Counted from the first letter of the stretch, positions 37,812 to 45,798 are shown. The stretch: DNA of 64,000 nt from Candidatus Saccharimonadales bacterium (GCA_041600715.1 JBFIJM010000001.1:192387-256386), one strand, 5' to 3'. Numbers and translations are program-made. Notes: a model not told the origin generated them from the letters alone.

Positions 37812-38336
37812 TTAGGCGCTTGCTTTTGCTTCTACGCCGTCAAGTAAAGCATGAAGGTTACCACTGAGACCGCTCATCACACCATCTAATGGACTTGATA
37901 GTGTCGCCAAAAGACTTGCGATAAGTTCATTCTTGCTCGGTAGACTTGCTAGTGCTTTTACTTCTTCGGCGCCTATAAAAGAGCCCTCAGTAGTAAATGC
38001 TCCAACAAACTTAATACTTGGATTTGTTTTGGCAAAGACATGTAATGCTTTTGCTGGTGCAACTTCATCTTCACTATTGAATGCAAATAGAAGTTGAGAG
38101 TTTAGTGCACTAGTATCCGCATCTTTATATAGGTCACTATTTTTAAGCGCCTGCTTTACTAATCGGTTTTTTACTACTTTAACAGCAGTTCCGTCAGACT
38201 TAGCGTCTTTACGAAGAGCCTGGAGTTGCTTTACGCTAGTTCCTTTGTATTCGGCTACTACGGTTAGCTTAGAATCTGCGAGAAGTGTTGCAACTTCATC
38301 GATTACTTCTTGCTTTTTTGCTTTTGATAAAGCCAT
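37812..38336 (-). CDS. rplJ: 50S ribosomal protein L10
   Basis: 174 aa. KKQEVIDEV...VAEYKGTSVKQLQALR pattern, directly upstream of rplL. Confidence 0.9.
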   Translation of the reverse strand: MALSKAKKQEVIDEVATLLADSKLTVVAEYKGTSVKQLQALRKDAKSDGTAVKVVKNRLVKQALKNSDLYKDADTSALNSQLLFAFNSEDEVAPAKALHVFAKTNPSIKFVGAFTTEGSFIGAEEVKALASLPSKNELIASLLATLSSPLDGVMSGLSGNLHALLDGVEAKASA

Positions 38337-38500
38337 AAACTTAGTTATCCTAATCTTATGTTACTTACTAAAGGGATTATCGACCATTAAAAAAGTCCCT
38401 GGTTGTAACCAAAGACATTGCTAAAATACTAAAAGTTTAGATTTTAACCTCGGTGACAAATTAAGGATTTCTCCAGTCACTGTCTTCGGTAACTTCTTTT

Positions 38501-38530
38501 ATTATAGCACACTAAGCGAAGTCTGGTCAA
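38501..38530 (-). promoter_or_regulatory. candidate rplJL promoter followed by a leader of about 160 nt
   Basis: On the minus strand: TTGACC (38530-38525), 18-nt spacer, TATAAT (38506-38501). The leader contains GTGAC/GTCAC and AGGGA/TCCCT hairpins. An L10-leader-type autoregulatory role is plausible but unverified. Confidence 0.4.
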
Positions 38531-38546
38531 CCGAGCTTACTCTTGC

Positions 38547-38882
38547 TTAAGCGACTTCATCATACTCTGCATAAAACCCAGGGTTATCAAATGGCTGAAC
38601 TGCTTCAAATAACAGCTTCTTGTTATCAGTTTCTTGAGTGGATACAGGGGTGACTAAAATTTCAACTACGTGCGCTCTTCCATAATCAGTTATTCTTCTC
38701 CGTTCACCACTTAGATATGTCTCTACTACTGTTTTGCCGATCCTACATAGTTCTAAATCTTCATTTTTGCTCATTATTTCCTTACGCGAGGGAGTGTGGT
38801 GAGACATATCCGGAAACTTAAACCCACTTTTAGACATCTCTGCCTGCCAAGTTGATCTTGAGAACCGATTTGAACTATCCAT
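38547..38882 (-). CDS. hypothetical protein (111 aa)
   Basis: Only ORF in this interval. RBS AAAGGA lies 8 nt before the ATG. It is preceded by an attenuator-like leader. Confidence 0.5.
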   Translation of the reverse strand: MDSSNRFSRSTWQAEMSKSGFKFPDMSHHTPSRKEIMSKNEDLELCRIGKTVVETYLSGERRRITDYGRAHVVEILVTPVSTQETDNKKLLFEAVQPFDNPGFYAEYDEVA

Positions 38883-39057
38883 TTTACTATCCTTTCAATT
38901 AAAAAACCTCGGTTTTCCGAGGCTTGCATCTATACTTTTCGTTGTGTGGATGAATATTAAAAGCAAGCCTACTCGAGTGAATCGAGGAGAAGAATTTGCT
39001 TTTGAATATTCTTGAATACCATAAATCTAAGTTAGCAATGATTCAAAGTCATGTCAA
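38883..39057 (-). promoter_or_regulatory. candidate transcription-attenuation leader (riboswitch-like, class unknown)
   Basis: TTGACA (39057-39052), 17 nt, TAACTT (39034-39029). P1 is AAAGCAA/TTGCTTT (39002-38996 with 38966-38960). The antiterminator is AGGCTTGC/GCAAGCCT (38970-38963 with 38927-38920) and overlaps both P1 and the terminator 5' arm. Confidence 0.4.
38901..38922 (-). terminator. intrinsic terminator located 18 nt upstream of the 111-aa gene start (attenuator)
   Basis: Minus strand: CCTCGG-AAAA-CCGAGG followed by TTTTTT (38906-38901). No upstream minus-strand gene ends here, so it is read as leader termination. Confidence 0.6.
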
Positions 39058-39064
39058 ATAAAGA

Positions 39065-39092
39065 TTGACACACATAATAATGGGTATATAAT
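39065..39092 (+). promoter_or_regulatory. near-consensus sigma70 promoter
   Basis: TTGACA (39065-39070), 16-nt spacer, TATAAT (39087-39092). Drives the 188-aa gene through a leader of about 155 nt. Confidence 0.6.
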
Positions 39093-39099
39093 TGGCAAT

Positions 39100-39115
39100 T
39101 GTGAAAACATTTACA
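39100..39115. promoter_or_regulatory. 9/10 match to the TGTGA-N6-TCACA palindrome (TGTGAAAACATTTACA)
   Basis: Starts 7 nt after the -10 box, at the predicted transcription start. Confidence 0.3.
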
Positions 39116-39256
39116 CAAGCATTTGTACGCATGAAGATGGGCTCTGTGAAGCACATTCTCATTGTCGTTGCATAAAGCTTGGATTTCGCATAAATGAAAA
39201 GATAAGAGGGCTCCAAGCGATATGCTTAGGAGCTTATTTAATTAAAAGAGGATGTT

Positions 39257-39823
39257 ATGAGTCGTTTTGACGGGCCCAGAGCAGATAGATTAATTAGAGT
39301 ATCTCGCGCTGAATCAGGATGCATCTCTTTAAGTAGAGATACAGATAAAACTAACAAGTATCTTAGTTTACTTGATGAGCCTACTATTAAGAACGCACAA
39401 GACGTTCTTTCCGAAATCTTTACTAACGGAAAACGAATTAATTCTGTGATGGCAACTGGTGAATTGTCCCCGGACAATGCCAGCATAGCTCTTGGCGCAT
39501 TAGCTACCAAGTATTACGGTGTCGATGTGATGATAATTGATCCAATTATTGCCACCTTAGGCCCTGACAACCTAGAAAAGACCAGTGCCCATGTCCGATC
39601 AGACTATAAAGATAAGGCGTTGTGCATAATCGACTACGCACAGACTCAGGATTCTGACATATTAGCTCCAAATGTTCGAGATTTAATGCTCTGTATCGCG
39701 AAGTTTACACCTAATTACTGTGGTCAAGGTGGGACTATAATCTCCGTAGAGACAGACGAGTCATTAAAAATCGATATGCTGGATGATGTGCGTGAAATTC
39801 AGCCAGCACCAATGTATGTCTAA
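39257..39823 (+). CDS. hypothetical protein (188 aa)
   Basis: RBS AGAGGA lies 5 nt upstream, with a consensus promoter further upstream. Convergent with the tmk-thyX fusion and overlapping it by 4 nt. No motif recognised. Confidence 0.55.
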   Translation: MSRFDGPRADRLIRVSRAESGCISLSRDTDKTNKYLSLLDEPTIKNAQDVLSEIFTNGKRINSVMATGELSPDNASIALGALATKYYGVDVMIIDPIIATLGPDNLEKTSAHVRSDYKDKALCIIDYAQTQDSDILAPNVRDLMLCIAKFTPNYCGQGGTIISVETDESLKIDMLDDVREIQPAPMYV

Positions 39824-42138
39824 CTTTGATTCAATTTAAACTGAGTGTATCTTTCTGCAGCTAATCGAGTTAGCTTGGGGTCCTCATCCTGATTTACGAA
39901 TTTCATCGCTGAACCGAGCATTGGATGAACTTCACAAATTTTCTCATGCATAGACTGAGCGATTTTTCTGTATCCTGGGTGTCCCTGAGGTGCACTTCTT
40001 AGCTCAATTAACTGGAAGGCTTCCCTAGCATTAAATGTTAACTTCCATCGCATTCTATGACCGAGCAAGGTAGCGTATTGAGCTTCTAATTCGTATCCTG
40101 TCGATTGTAACTGGCTGTAAAGACCAAGACTGAGGTCAAAACAACTTTCATACAAATCACTAAGACCGGCATCCTCGACCAGTTGAGGTACTTCATATCC
40201 ATATCGTGGGGTAAGCAGTTGCCAAGCGAGATCATCTACCATTCGATGTCTCTGTAAATCACGAAAAATCCCGTAGTCACAAAGTATGTCCCAGCTATAA
40301 TGAGCTTTTTCTAGAGCCCTTCCAGGTCGCTGTCTTCTGTTTAGCCGTTTCCCTATGTATGCATCAATAACTTCTGCTCGTTTATCAAATGACCAATTAT
40401 CTACTTGCTTCTTTATATCAGACAGGGGCGCTTGTGCGTGCTCATATAGCATATCAGGCACTAGATCGAGCTCATTACGAGGCCATACACTAGTTAACTG
40501 AACTGGTTCACCTGGCGTACTGTGTGTTGAGTCTAGATGTTTAGTAGCTAATTTCTGAACTTCTTTTGAAGTTTCAGCACGGTATGCAACCCATGCTCCT
40601 CCGCGGTCTGGCCTGTCTGCTCTTTCAAGGAAGGTAGGTATGACTTTGCGTGCTTCGTCTAGAAGTTTTTTACCGGTAGTTCGTGCCTCATGAAGTTCAT
40701 CACTTAGTAGGTGCATAATTAGACTCTCTAGTGCTTGACCAGACGCATATATGCCAACCGTAGATTTTGTTGCTACTGGTAATACCGCCCTTACCGCATC
40801 GCAAGCTTGAGCTCTAGTTGCGCCTTTCCAGGCTACATCCTGTTCAGATTTAGGCACTTTAGAATTGACTCGTACATAATCGGTTAGATCGCGAACAAGC
40901 TTTGAATAGCGCGTAAATAGTTCGTCCATAGCTTGGTTGTAGCTCGACTTCATATCATCGTCTAAATGCTCAGGAGTAAAGTACTTATACTTCCCATCTT
41001 TGTCCTTTTGGTCGAAGTAAATGTATCTGGTCGATTGCTCAAGATAAGACGCTAGCCGACCCCATTCTAGTTTTTTAGTCAAAAGATTACTGGCACCCTC
41101 TACGACAACATGTTGTCCAACTAGTTGCTGAACTGAATCATCCCCATATGCAGTTATTACACGGCGAAGTAATGCGTCATCCTTGCCAGCGTCGCCCATA
41201 AACTCGTCGAGTAGTGTAATCCGCATGTCATCTCCCCTTCGACTGAGTCGTGCCATGGCTGCAGCGATTGTTGTTGGTGTTAAAGCCTCATTAAACGCAT
41301 AAACATTGCTCTCGACATCTGTTACATACTTAGCTAGTTCTTTTTTACCTGTGGCAGATATCTCTAAACCATACTCTCCTTCTTGCAGAAACTTACCTTT
41401 TTTTATAGTTTGTTTTGTGTTGCCAGAGTTATTAGAAGGTAGCATTGGTGTTAAAATCTCCCATATTAAATTATGTATACTATCGATCGGCATTAATTTA
41501 TTGTTTCTGACACAGTCAATCTGCTTGAAATCCCGTGGAAATAATTCACATATAGCATCAAAAACTTTCAGTGATTTACTCAAATGATCTGGATCTGACT
41601 CATGCAAGTCTTTAGACTCTCCTCTTTTCTTGATAAGTTCGGCCGATATTTCAGGATCAACCCTAAGCACTAGATTTATATCCGGACGAGGTATGCCAAG
41701 CATTTTGTATTCTATTGCGTCCAGCCAAGTAAAGTACCCGTTTCTTTCCTCATCAGAATTGATCATAAGTCCTTGATGTGCCATATTTGCACCTACGTAC
41801 CGATCAGCTAGTACAACCTTCCCAGCTAATAAGGCTTTTCTGATTTTGCTTGCACCCGAGTATCTATCTACTGAAAAGAATATTGAGCCAGTATACGGAC
41901 CAACCTCTTTTGCAGTTCCATATTTTCCTGCCAAGTACTCCCTAACAAAATAGCTAGATTCTTCATTATATTGAGGAAATTTAATAATTTCTACATCGTA
42001 ACCTTCTTTTACTAAACGACTGGCTAGTAAATCAAATTGAGTAGATTTGCCAGATCCATTAGCTCCGTCAATTACAATAAAAACCCCAGATTGTTTAAAA
42101 GACCCACCCCCGTTTACTGGTCGGGCGTGGTTAGTCAT
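39820..42138 (-). CDS. fusion protein: dTMP kinase (Tmk) plus a tandem ThyX-like flavin-dependent thymidylate synthase
   Basis: 772 aa. N-terminal IVIDGANGSGKSTQ ... LADRYVGANMAHQG matches Tmk. Residues ~250-772 carry two ThyX-like repeats: WGRLASYLEQSTRY (Ser/RY part of the ThyX motif, RHR lost) and QRHRMVDD...TPRYGY (RHR kept, Ser lost). Confidence 0.75.
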   Translation of the reverse strand: MTNHARPVNGGGSFKQSGVFIVIDGANGSGKSTQFDLLASRLVKEGYDVEIIKFPQYNEESSYFVREYLAGKYGTAKEVGPYTGSIFFSVDRYSGASKIRKALLAGKVVLADRYVGANMAHQGLMINSDEERNGYFTWLDAIEYKMLGIPRPDINLVLRVDPEISAELIKKRGESKDLHESDPDHLSKSLKVFDAICELFPRDFKQIDCVRNNKLMPIDSIHNLIWEILTPMLPSNNSGNTKQTIKKGKFLQEGEYGLEISATGKKELAKYVTDVESNVYAFNEALTPTTIAAAMARLSRRGDDMRITLLDEFMGDAGKDDALLRRVITAYGDDSVQQLVGQHVVVEGASNLLTKKLEWGRLASYLEQSTRYIYFDQKDKDGKYKYFTPEHLDDDMKSSYNQAMDELFTRYSKLVRDLTDYVRVNSKVPKSEQDVAWKGATRAQACDAVRAVLPVATKSTVGIYASGQALESLIMHLLSDELHEARTTGKKLLDEARKVIPTFLERADRPDRGGAWVAYRAETSKEVQKLATKHLDSTHSTPGEPVQLTSVWPRNELDLVPDMLYEHAQAPLSDIKKQVDNWSFDKRAEVIDAYIGKRLNRRQRPGRALEKAHYSWDILCDYGIFRDLQRHRMVDDLAWQLLTPRYGYEVPQLVEDAGLSDLYESCFDLSLGLYSQLQSTGYELEAQYATLLGHRMRWKLTFNAREAFQLIELRSAPQGHPGYRKIAQSMHEKICEVHPMLGSAMKFVNQDEDPKLTRLAAERYTQFKLNQS

Positions 42139-42895
42139 TCGGCGTTAGGCCCTCGATTTCTATGGGAAATTTACGTAAATCCTTGTATGCACGAGGTAGC
42201 ATCTGTTCAGGCTTCCAATTTTTAATCAAATCCTTAAGACTATCGCTAGCGCCTGTTTGGTATTTTCCGCTTAACTTTTTATACTCACCATCAACTTCGC
42301 CTGTTTCATAGAAAACAACCTGAGCAATCCGCTCGCCTACTGGCAATACGACACTTTCATGTTGGTTCATGTTGTATATTTCCATAGTCCAACGATTAAT
42401 ATATCCAGGATCGCCCCATCCAGCATCTAGACAAACAGCAACACCGTTCCTACCCCATGTGCTTCTAGCTTGCATTGTGCTAGTTCCCGGGGCTTTAATT
42501 CCAATAAATTCATGAGTATGCGCAAGAATCCTCTCGTGAGGTCGGAGCACTATTATAGGCTGGTCTGGGGGGATATTTACAAAAAGACTACGACCATGTT
42601 TTTTCGCCCATTTTTTATGGATCTCTGCTTTCATGGCGCCACTAAAGTATTCATCTACAGCTTGTTTGTCGAATGGATTATAAAACCCACCTTCGCTTGG
42701 ACGCTCTGTACGGTAATACCAATCTCCAAGAGTAACATCAACACTGCTACCCGCAACATGCTCCGCAATATAAGGATGAATGACTACATGGCCTGATTTC
42801 AGTCCTTCACGGATTTGTTTATTACTATATACACTCACGTGCAATGTTCTCCCTCTGTTTAGTACATTGTACAGAGAAGAGCCACTAATCTGCAA
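42131..42895 (-). CDS. dcd: dCTP deaminase family protein (Dcd/Dut fold)
   Basis: 254 aa. SSVDVTLG, ARSTWGRNGVAV, DAGWGDPGY..RWTMEIYN and GERIAQVVF match Dcd motifs. About 20 N-terminal residues may be spurious (an in-frame GTG gives MSVYSNKQIREGL). 8-nt overlap with the fusion gene. Confidence 0.8.
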   Translation of the reverse strand: MQISGSSLYNVLNRGRTLHVSVYSNKQIREGLKSGHVVIHPYIAEHVAGSSVDVTLGDWYYRTERPSEGGFYNPFDKQAVDEYFSGAMKAEIHKKWAKKHGRSLFVNIPPDQPIIVLRPHERILAHTHEFIGIKAPGTSTMQARSTWGRNGVAVCLDAGWGDPGYINRWTMEIYNMNQHESVVLPVGERIAQVVFYETGEVDGEYKKLSGKYQTGASDSLKDLIKNWKPEQMLPRAYKDLRKFPIEIEGLTPND

Positions 42896-42925
42896 GCTTA
42901 CTAGTACTATTTAGCAACGTTTTAT

Positions 42926-43939
42926 TTAAGACAGTTCGCTTATCAGGACTTTGACACCTGGCCCCATAGTAGTCGTCAATGTGATTGACTTTACGTATGT
43001 ACCTTTGAGGCTGGCTGGTTTATTAGCTTTTAGGCTTGTGAATACTGCTTCTGTGTTCTTTTGAATTTTTGCATTCCCAAAACTCACTTTGCCAATTCCT
43101 AAATGGACAATACCAGTACTATCAACACGGTATTCTACTTTACCGGCTTTTGATTGAGAAATGGCTTTATTAACTTCTTTAGTAACCGTGCCACTCTTAG
43201 GATTAGGCATCAAGCCTTTTGGTCCTAATATCCGGGCGTATTTACTAAGTTTAGCCATAACATTCGGTGTAGAGATCAAGACATCAAAGTTAATTTCACC
43301 CTTATCTAGTTGCTTCAAGAAATCTTCATAACCAGCAACATCTGCACCAGCTTTAATTGCGTCCTTAGCCACATCTTCTTCTGCAAAAACAGCTACACGA
43401 ACGCTTTTGCCAGTTCCTGACGGAAGCACGATATTATCACGAAGATTCTGGTCTGCTTGCCTTGGGTCAACACCGAGTCGAACATGAATCTCTACAGTGG
43501 CGTCAAATTTTGTAGGGCTAGTTTTTAATGCTAAATCTATTGCCTCAGCTAATGGATAGTGTTTTGTGGTATCAACTTCTTCTGACGCCTTACGAAATTT
43601 CTTACCTCGGCGCTCTAATCTGGAACGTGCAGGTTTTATTGGTTGCTTAGGAATGTCTGATTGCTCAGCTTTTGCTTCTGAGGCATGTTTTTGTCGATCG
43701 ATTTTCTCTTGCTTTTCTTCGGCTTCTTTTTGGCCTTTTTCACTTCGTTTACCAGCCTTGGCTAAAGCGGTCTCCTGTCCCTTTTCTTTAGTCTCTAGGG
43801 TGTCGTCTTCACTAGTGACCGGTGACTGTTTGCTCGGAGCTGAATCCAGCGCAGCTTGAATCTCCGCTATCGTATTTTTCTCAGTTACTTCTAGTTTTAG
43901 TTTCTGTGCTTGTTCTAATAGTTCTGCTTTTTTTGCCAT
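42926..43939 (-). CDS. rplA: 50S ribosomal protein L1 with an N-terminal K/E-rich extension of about 105 aa
   Basis: 337 aa. Canonical L1 begins near RGKKFRKASEEVD..YPLAEAIDL. The ATG lies 2 nt after the rplK stop, and no alternative start exists near the canonical N-terminus. Confidence 0.9.
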   Translation of the reverse strand: MAKKAELLEQAQKLKLEVTEKNTIAEIQAALDSAPSKQSPVTSEDDTLETKEKGQETALAKAGKRSEKGQKEAEEKQEKIDRQKHASEAKAEQSDIPKQPIKPARSRLERRGKKFRKASEEVDTTKHYPLAEAIDLALKTSPTKFDATVEIHVRLGVDPRQADQNLRDNIVLPSGTGKSVRVAVFAEEDVAKDAIKAGADVAGYEDFLKQLDKGEINFDVLISTPNVMAKLSKYARILGPKGLMPNPKSGTVTKEVNKAISQSKAGKVEYRVDSTGIVHLGIGKVSFGNAKIQKNTEAVFTSLKANKPASLKGTYVKSITLTTTMGPGVKVLISELS

Positions 43940-43941
43940 AA

Positions 43942-44373
43942 TTAACCTTCAATCTCCACGCCCATACTACGTGCTGTTCCTGCGACCATCTTTTTAACAG
44001 CTTCAATATCTTCAGTGTTCATGTCATGAGCTTTGGCTTCAGCAATAGAAATAAGGTCAGCTTGACTTAACTTTTTTGAAACTTTCTCTGTGTTAGGGCG
44101 TCCTGAGCTCTTTTTTATGCCTAGTTTTTCGCGAATCTGCTCATCGGTTGCAGAGCTAACTACACGAAAAGCCATGGTGCGATCATCATAAATCGTAATA
44201 TGAGCAGTCAGTATGCCCTTCATCTCCTTTGTTGCGTCGTTAAAAGGCTGTATGAAGTCCATCATATTAACTCCGTACTGCCCTAACGTGCTACCTACTG
44301 GAGGTGCAGCTGATGCTTTCCCTGCCGGAATACGCATCTTTAAATTTGCTTTAATCTTTTTTGCGTCTGCCAT
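43942..44373 (-). CDS. rplK: 50S ribosomal protein L11
   Basis: 143 aa. IPAGKASAAPPVGSTLGQYGVNMMDF is the L11 N-terminal signature. Confidence 0.95.
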   Translation of the reverse strand: MADAKKIKANLKMRIPAGKASAAPPVGSTLGQYGVNMMDFIQPFNDATKEMKGILTAHITIYDDRTMAFRVVSSATDEQIREKLGIKKSSGRPNTEKVSKKLSQADLISIAEAKAHDMNTEDIEAVKKMVAGTARSMGVEIEG

Positions 44374-44492
44374 AATAATTTACGAACGGGAGCCTAGCTC
44401 AACCGTTCTCCTTCCCTTTCTTTAATTATTTAATAAAGACAGAAGTGCGTAACTAACTTATTCTAGCACTTTTCGGGGTTTTAATCTAGTGC

Positions 44493-44801
44493 TTAATAAT
44501 ATTGTGGTTCTGGACGATTCCTTGATATTGTCCGGCCACTTATTGGCTCCAAAGTAGTACTTACACCTCCAGTGTAGCCATCAAGATTATTATGTCTAAT
44601 ACATACTGCAGAAAGTTGTAGTAGCGTTTTTAAGCGGTTAGTTTCTGGTGCAGAGTCAATGTTTTCTCCATGAATAATAGCCAGTTCACGTTCGGTTTGA
44701 TGAATCCCATCTATTAAGATCTCAGGGTTAGTTATTAGGTTCTTTACATCGTGAGGGGATAGTGGGGCTCCTTCAAGGACATATTGTTGAATACTGTTCA
44801 T
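44493..44801 (-). CDS. hypothetical protein (102 aa) inserted between nusG and rplK
   Basis: ATG lies 2 nt after the nusG stop. Only ORF filling this 430-nt interval. No motif recognised. Confidence 0.4.
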   Translation of the reverse strand: MNSIQQYVLEGAPLSPHDVKNLITNPEILIDGIHQTERELAIIHGENIDSAPETNRLKTLLQLSAVCIRHNNLDGYTGGVSTTLEPISGRTISRNRPEPQYY

Positions 44802-44803
44802 GT

Positions 44804-45346
44804 CTAAACTTTCTTTACCTGTAAGCTATCTAGTTCTACGGGCGTTTCCCGGCCGAACATATTTACTAATACTTTAATCTTACCTTTAGTGTGATCAATC
44901 TCATTTATAGAGCCATCAAATCCTTTGAACGGTCCGTCGGTGATACTCACAACCTCTCCTACACTGAAATCAATCTTGTGTTTAGGCTGTTCGAGACCCA
45001 TTCGCTTATTTATCTTCTCCATTTCATCGTCCTCAATAGGACTTGGGTCGATCCCAGTTCCAACAAATCCTGTCACATTAGGGGTATTCCTGACTATATA
45101 CCAAGCGTCTTCACTGAGTTTCATCTGCACTAGTACGTACCCTTGGAAGATTTTCTTCTCTACAACTTTACGCTTACCATTTTTAATTTCTATCATCTTT
45201 TCTTTTGGTACTAAGATTTGATATATCTTATCAGCCATGTCAAGACTATCCGCACGTTGCCTAATGCTCTCAGCTACTTTTTCTTCATAACCACTATAAG
45301 TGTGTATGGCGTACCAATGTTTGCTAGAATCGTATCTTTTACTCAT
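44804..45346 (-). CDS. nusG: transcription termination/antitermination protein NusG
   Basis: 180 aa. WYAIHTYSGYEEKV (NGN domain) and the KOW region GEVVSITDGPFKGFDGSINEID. Confidence 0.95.
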   Translation of the reverse strand: MSKRYDSSKHWYAIHTYSGYEEKVAESIRQRADSLDMADKIYQILVPKEKMIEIKNGKRKVVEKKIFQGYVLVQMKLSEDAWYIVRNTPNVTGFVGTGIDPSPIEDDEMEKINKRMGLEQPKHKIDFSVGEVVSITDGPFKGFDGSINEIDHTKGKIKVLVNMFGRETPVELDSLQVKKV

Positions 45347-45355
45347 AAAATGTCC

Positions 45356-45766
45356 TTAATTAATAATAAATTCTCTAAATAACTTATCTAGTGCAAAGTC
45401 CAGTATGCCAACAAAAATGGCAAAGATAGTCGCAAATATGAACACAGCCAGCGTGAGCCGGAGAGTGTCCTTTTTATTCGGCCATACAACTTGGCTTATT
45501 TCGCTAAAGGCTTCTTTAACAAATACCGGTATTAGATTTACGCGCTTATTCAATATTTGGCCAACCTTGTTGTCTGGAAGTGGAAGATTTACTTCTTTTT
45601 TCCCCGCTTTATGAAAACGTGATAATGGTGACTTAATTTTACCGGCAGTTTTTCTAATACGTCGCGGTTTTTCTGTCGGCCCTTTGTTTGCTCGTTCACG
45701 AACAGTCTGAGTCTTTTTATTATTAACAGGTCGAATCGACTTCTTTGTCTTCTTCACATCTGCCAC
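45356..45766 (-). CDS. secE: preprotein translocase subunit SecE with a basic N-terminal extension (GTG start)
   Basis: 136 aa. C-terminal FVKEAFSEISQVVWPNKKDTLRLTLAVFIFATIFAIFVGILD is the SecE TM signature. Located upstream of nusG. Confidence 0.8.
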   Translation of the reverse strand: MADVKKTKKSIRPVNNKKTQTVRERANKGPTEKPRRIRKTAGKIKSPLSRFHKAGKKEVNLPLPDNKVGQILNKRVNLIPVFVKEAFSEISQVVWPNKKDTLRLTLAVFIFATIFAIFVGILDFALDKLFREFIIN

Positions 45767-45798
45767 TATTATTCTCCACTTAATTATGATTTTAAATT

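Noticed and set aside
39238-39510. 90-aa minus-strand ORF overlapping the 188-aa gene
   Set aside because: The plus-strand gene has a consensus promoter, an RBS and the longer ORF. The minus ORF would start inside that gene and run into the control region.
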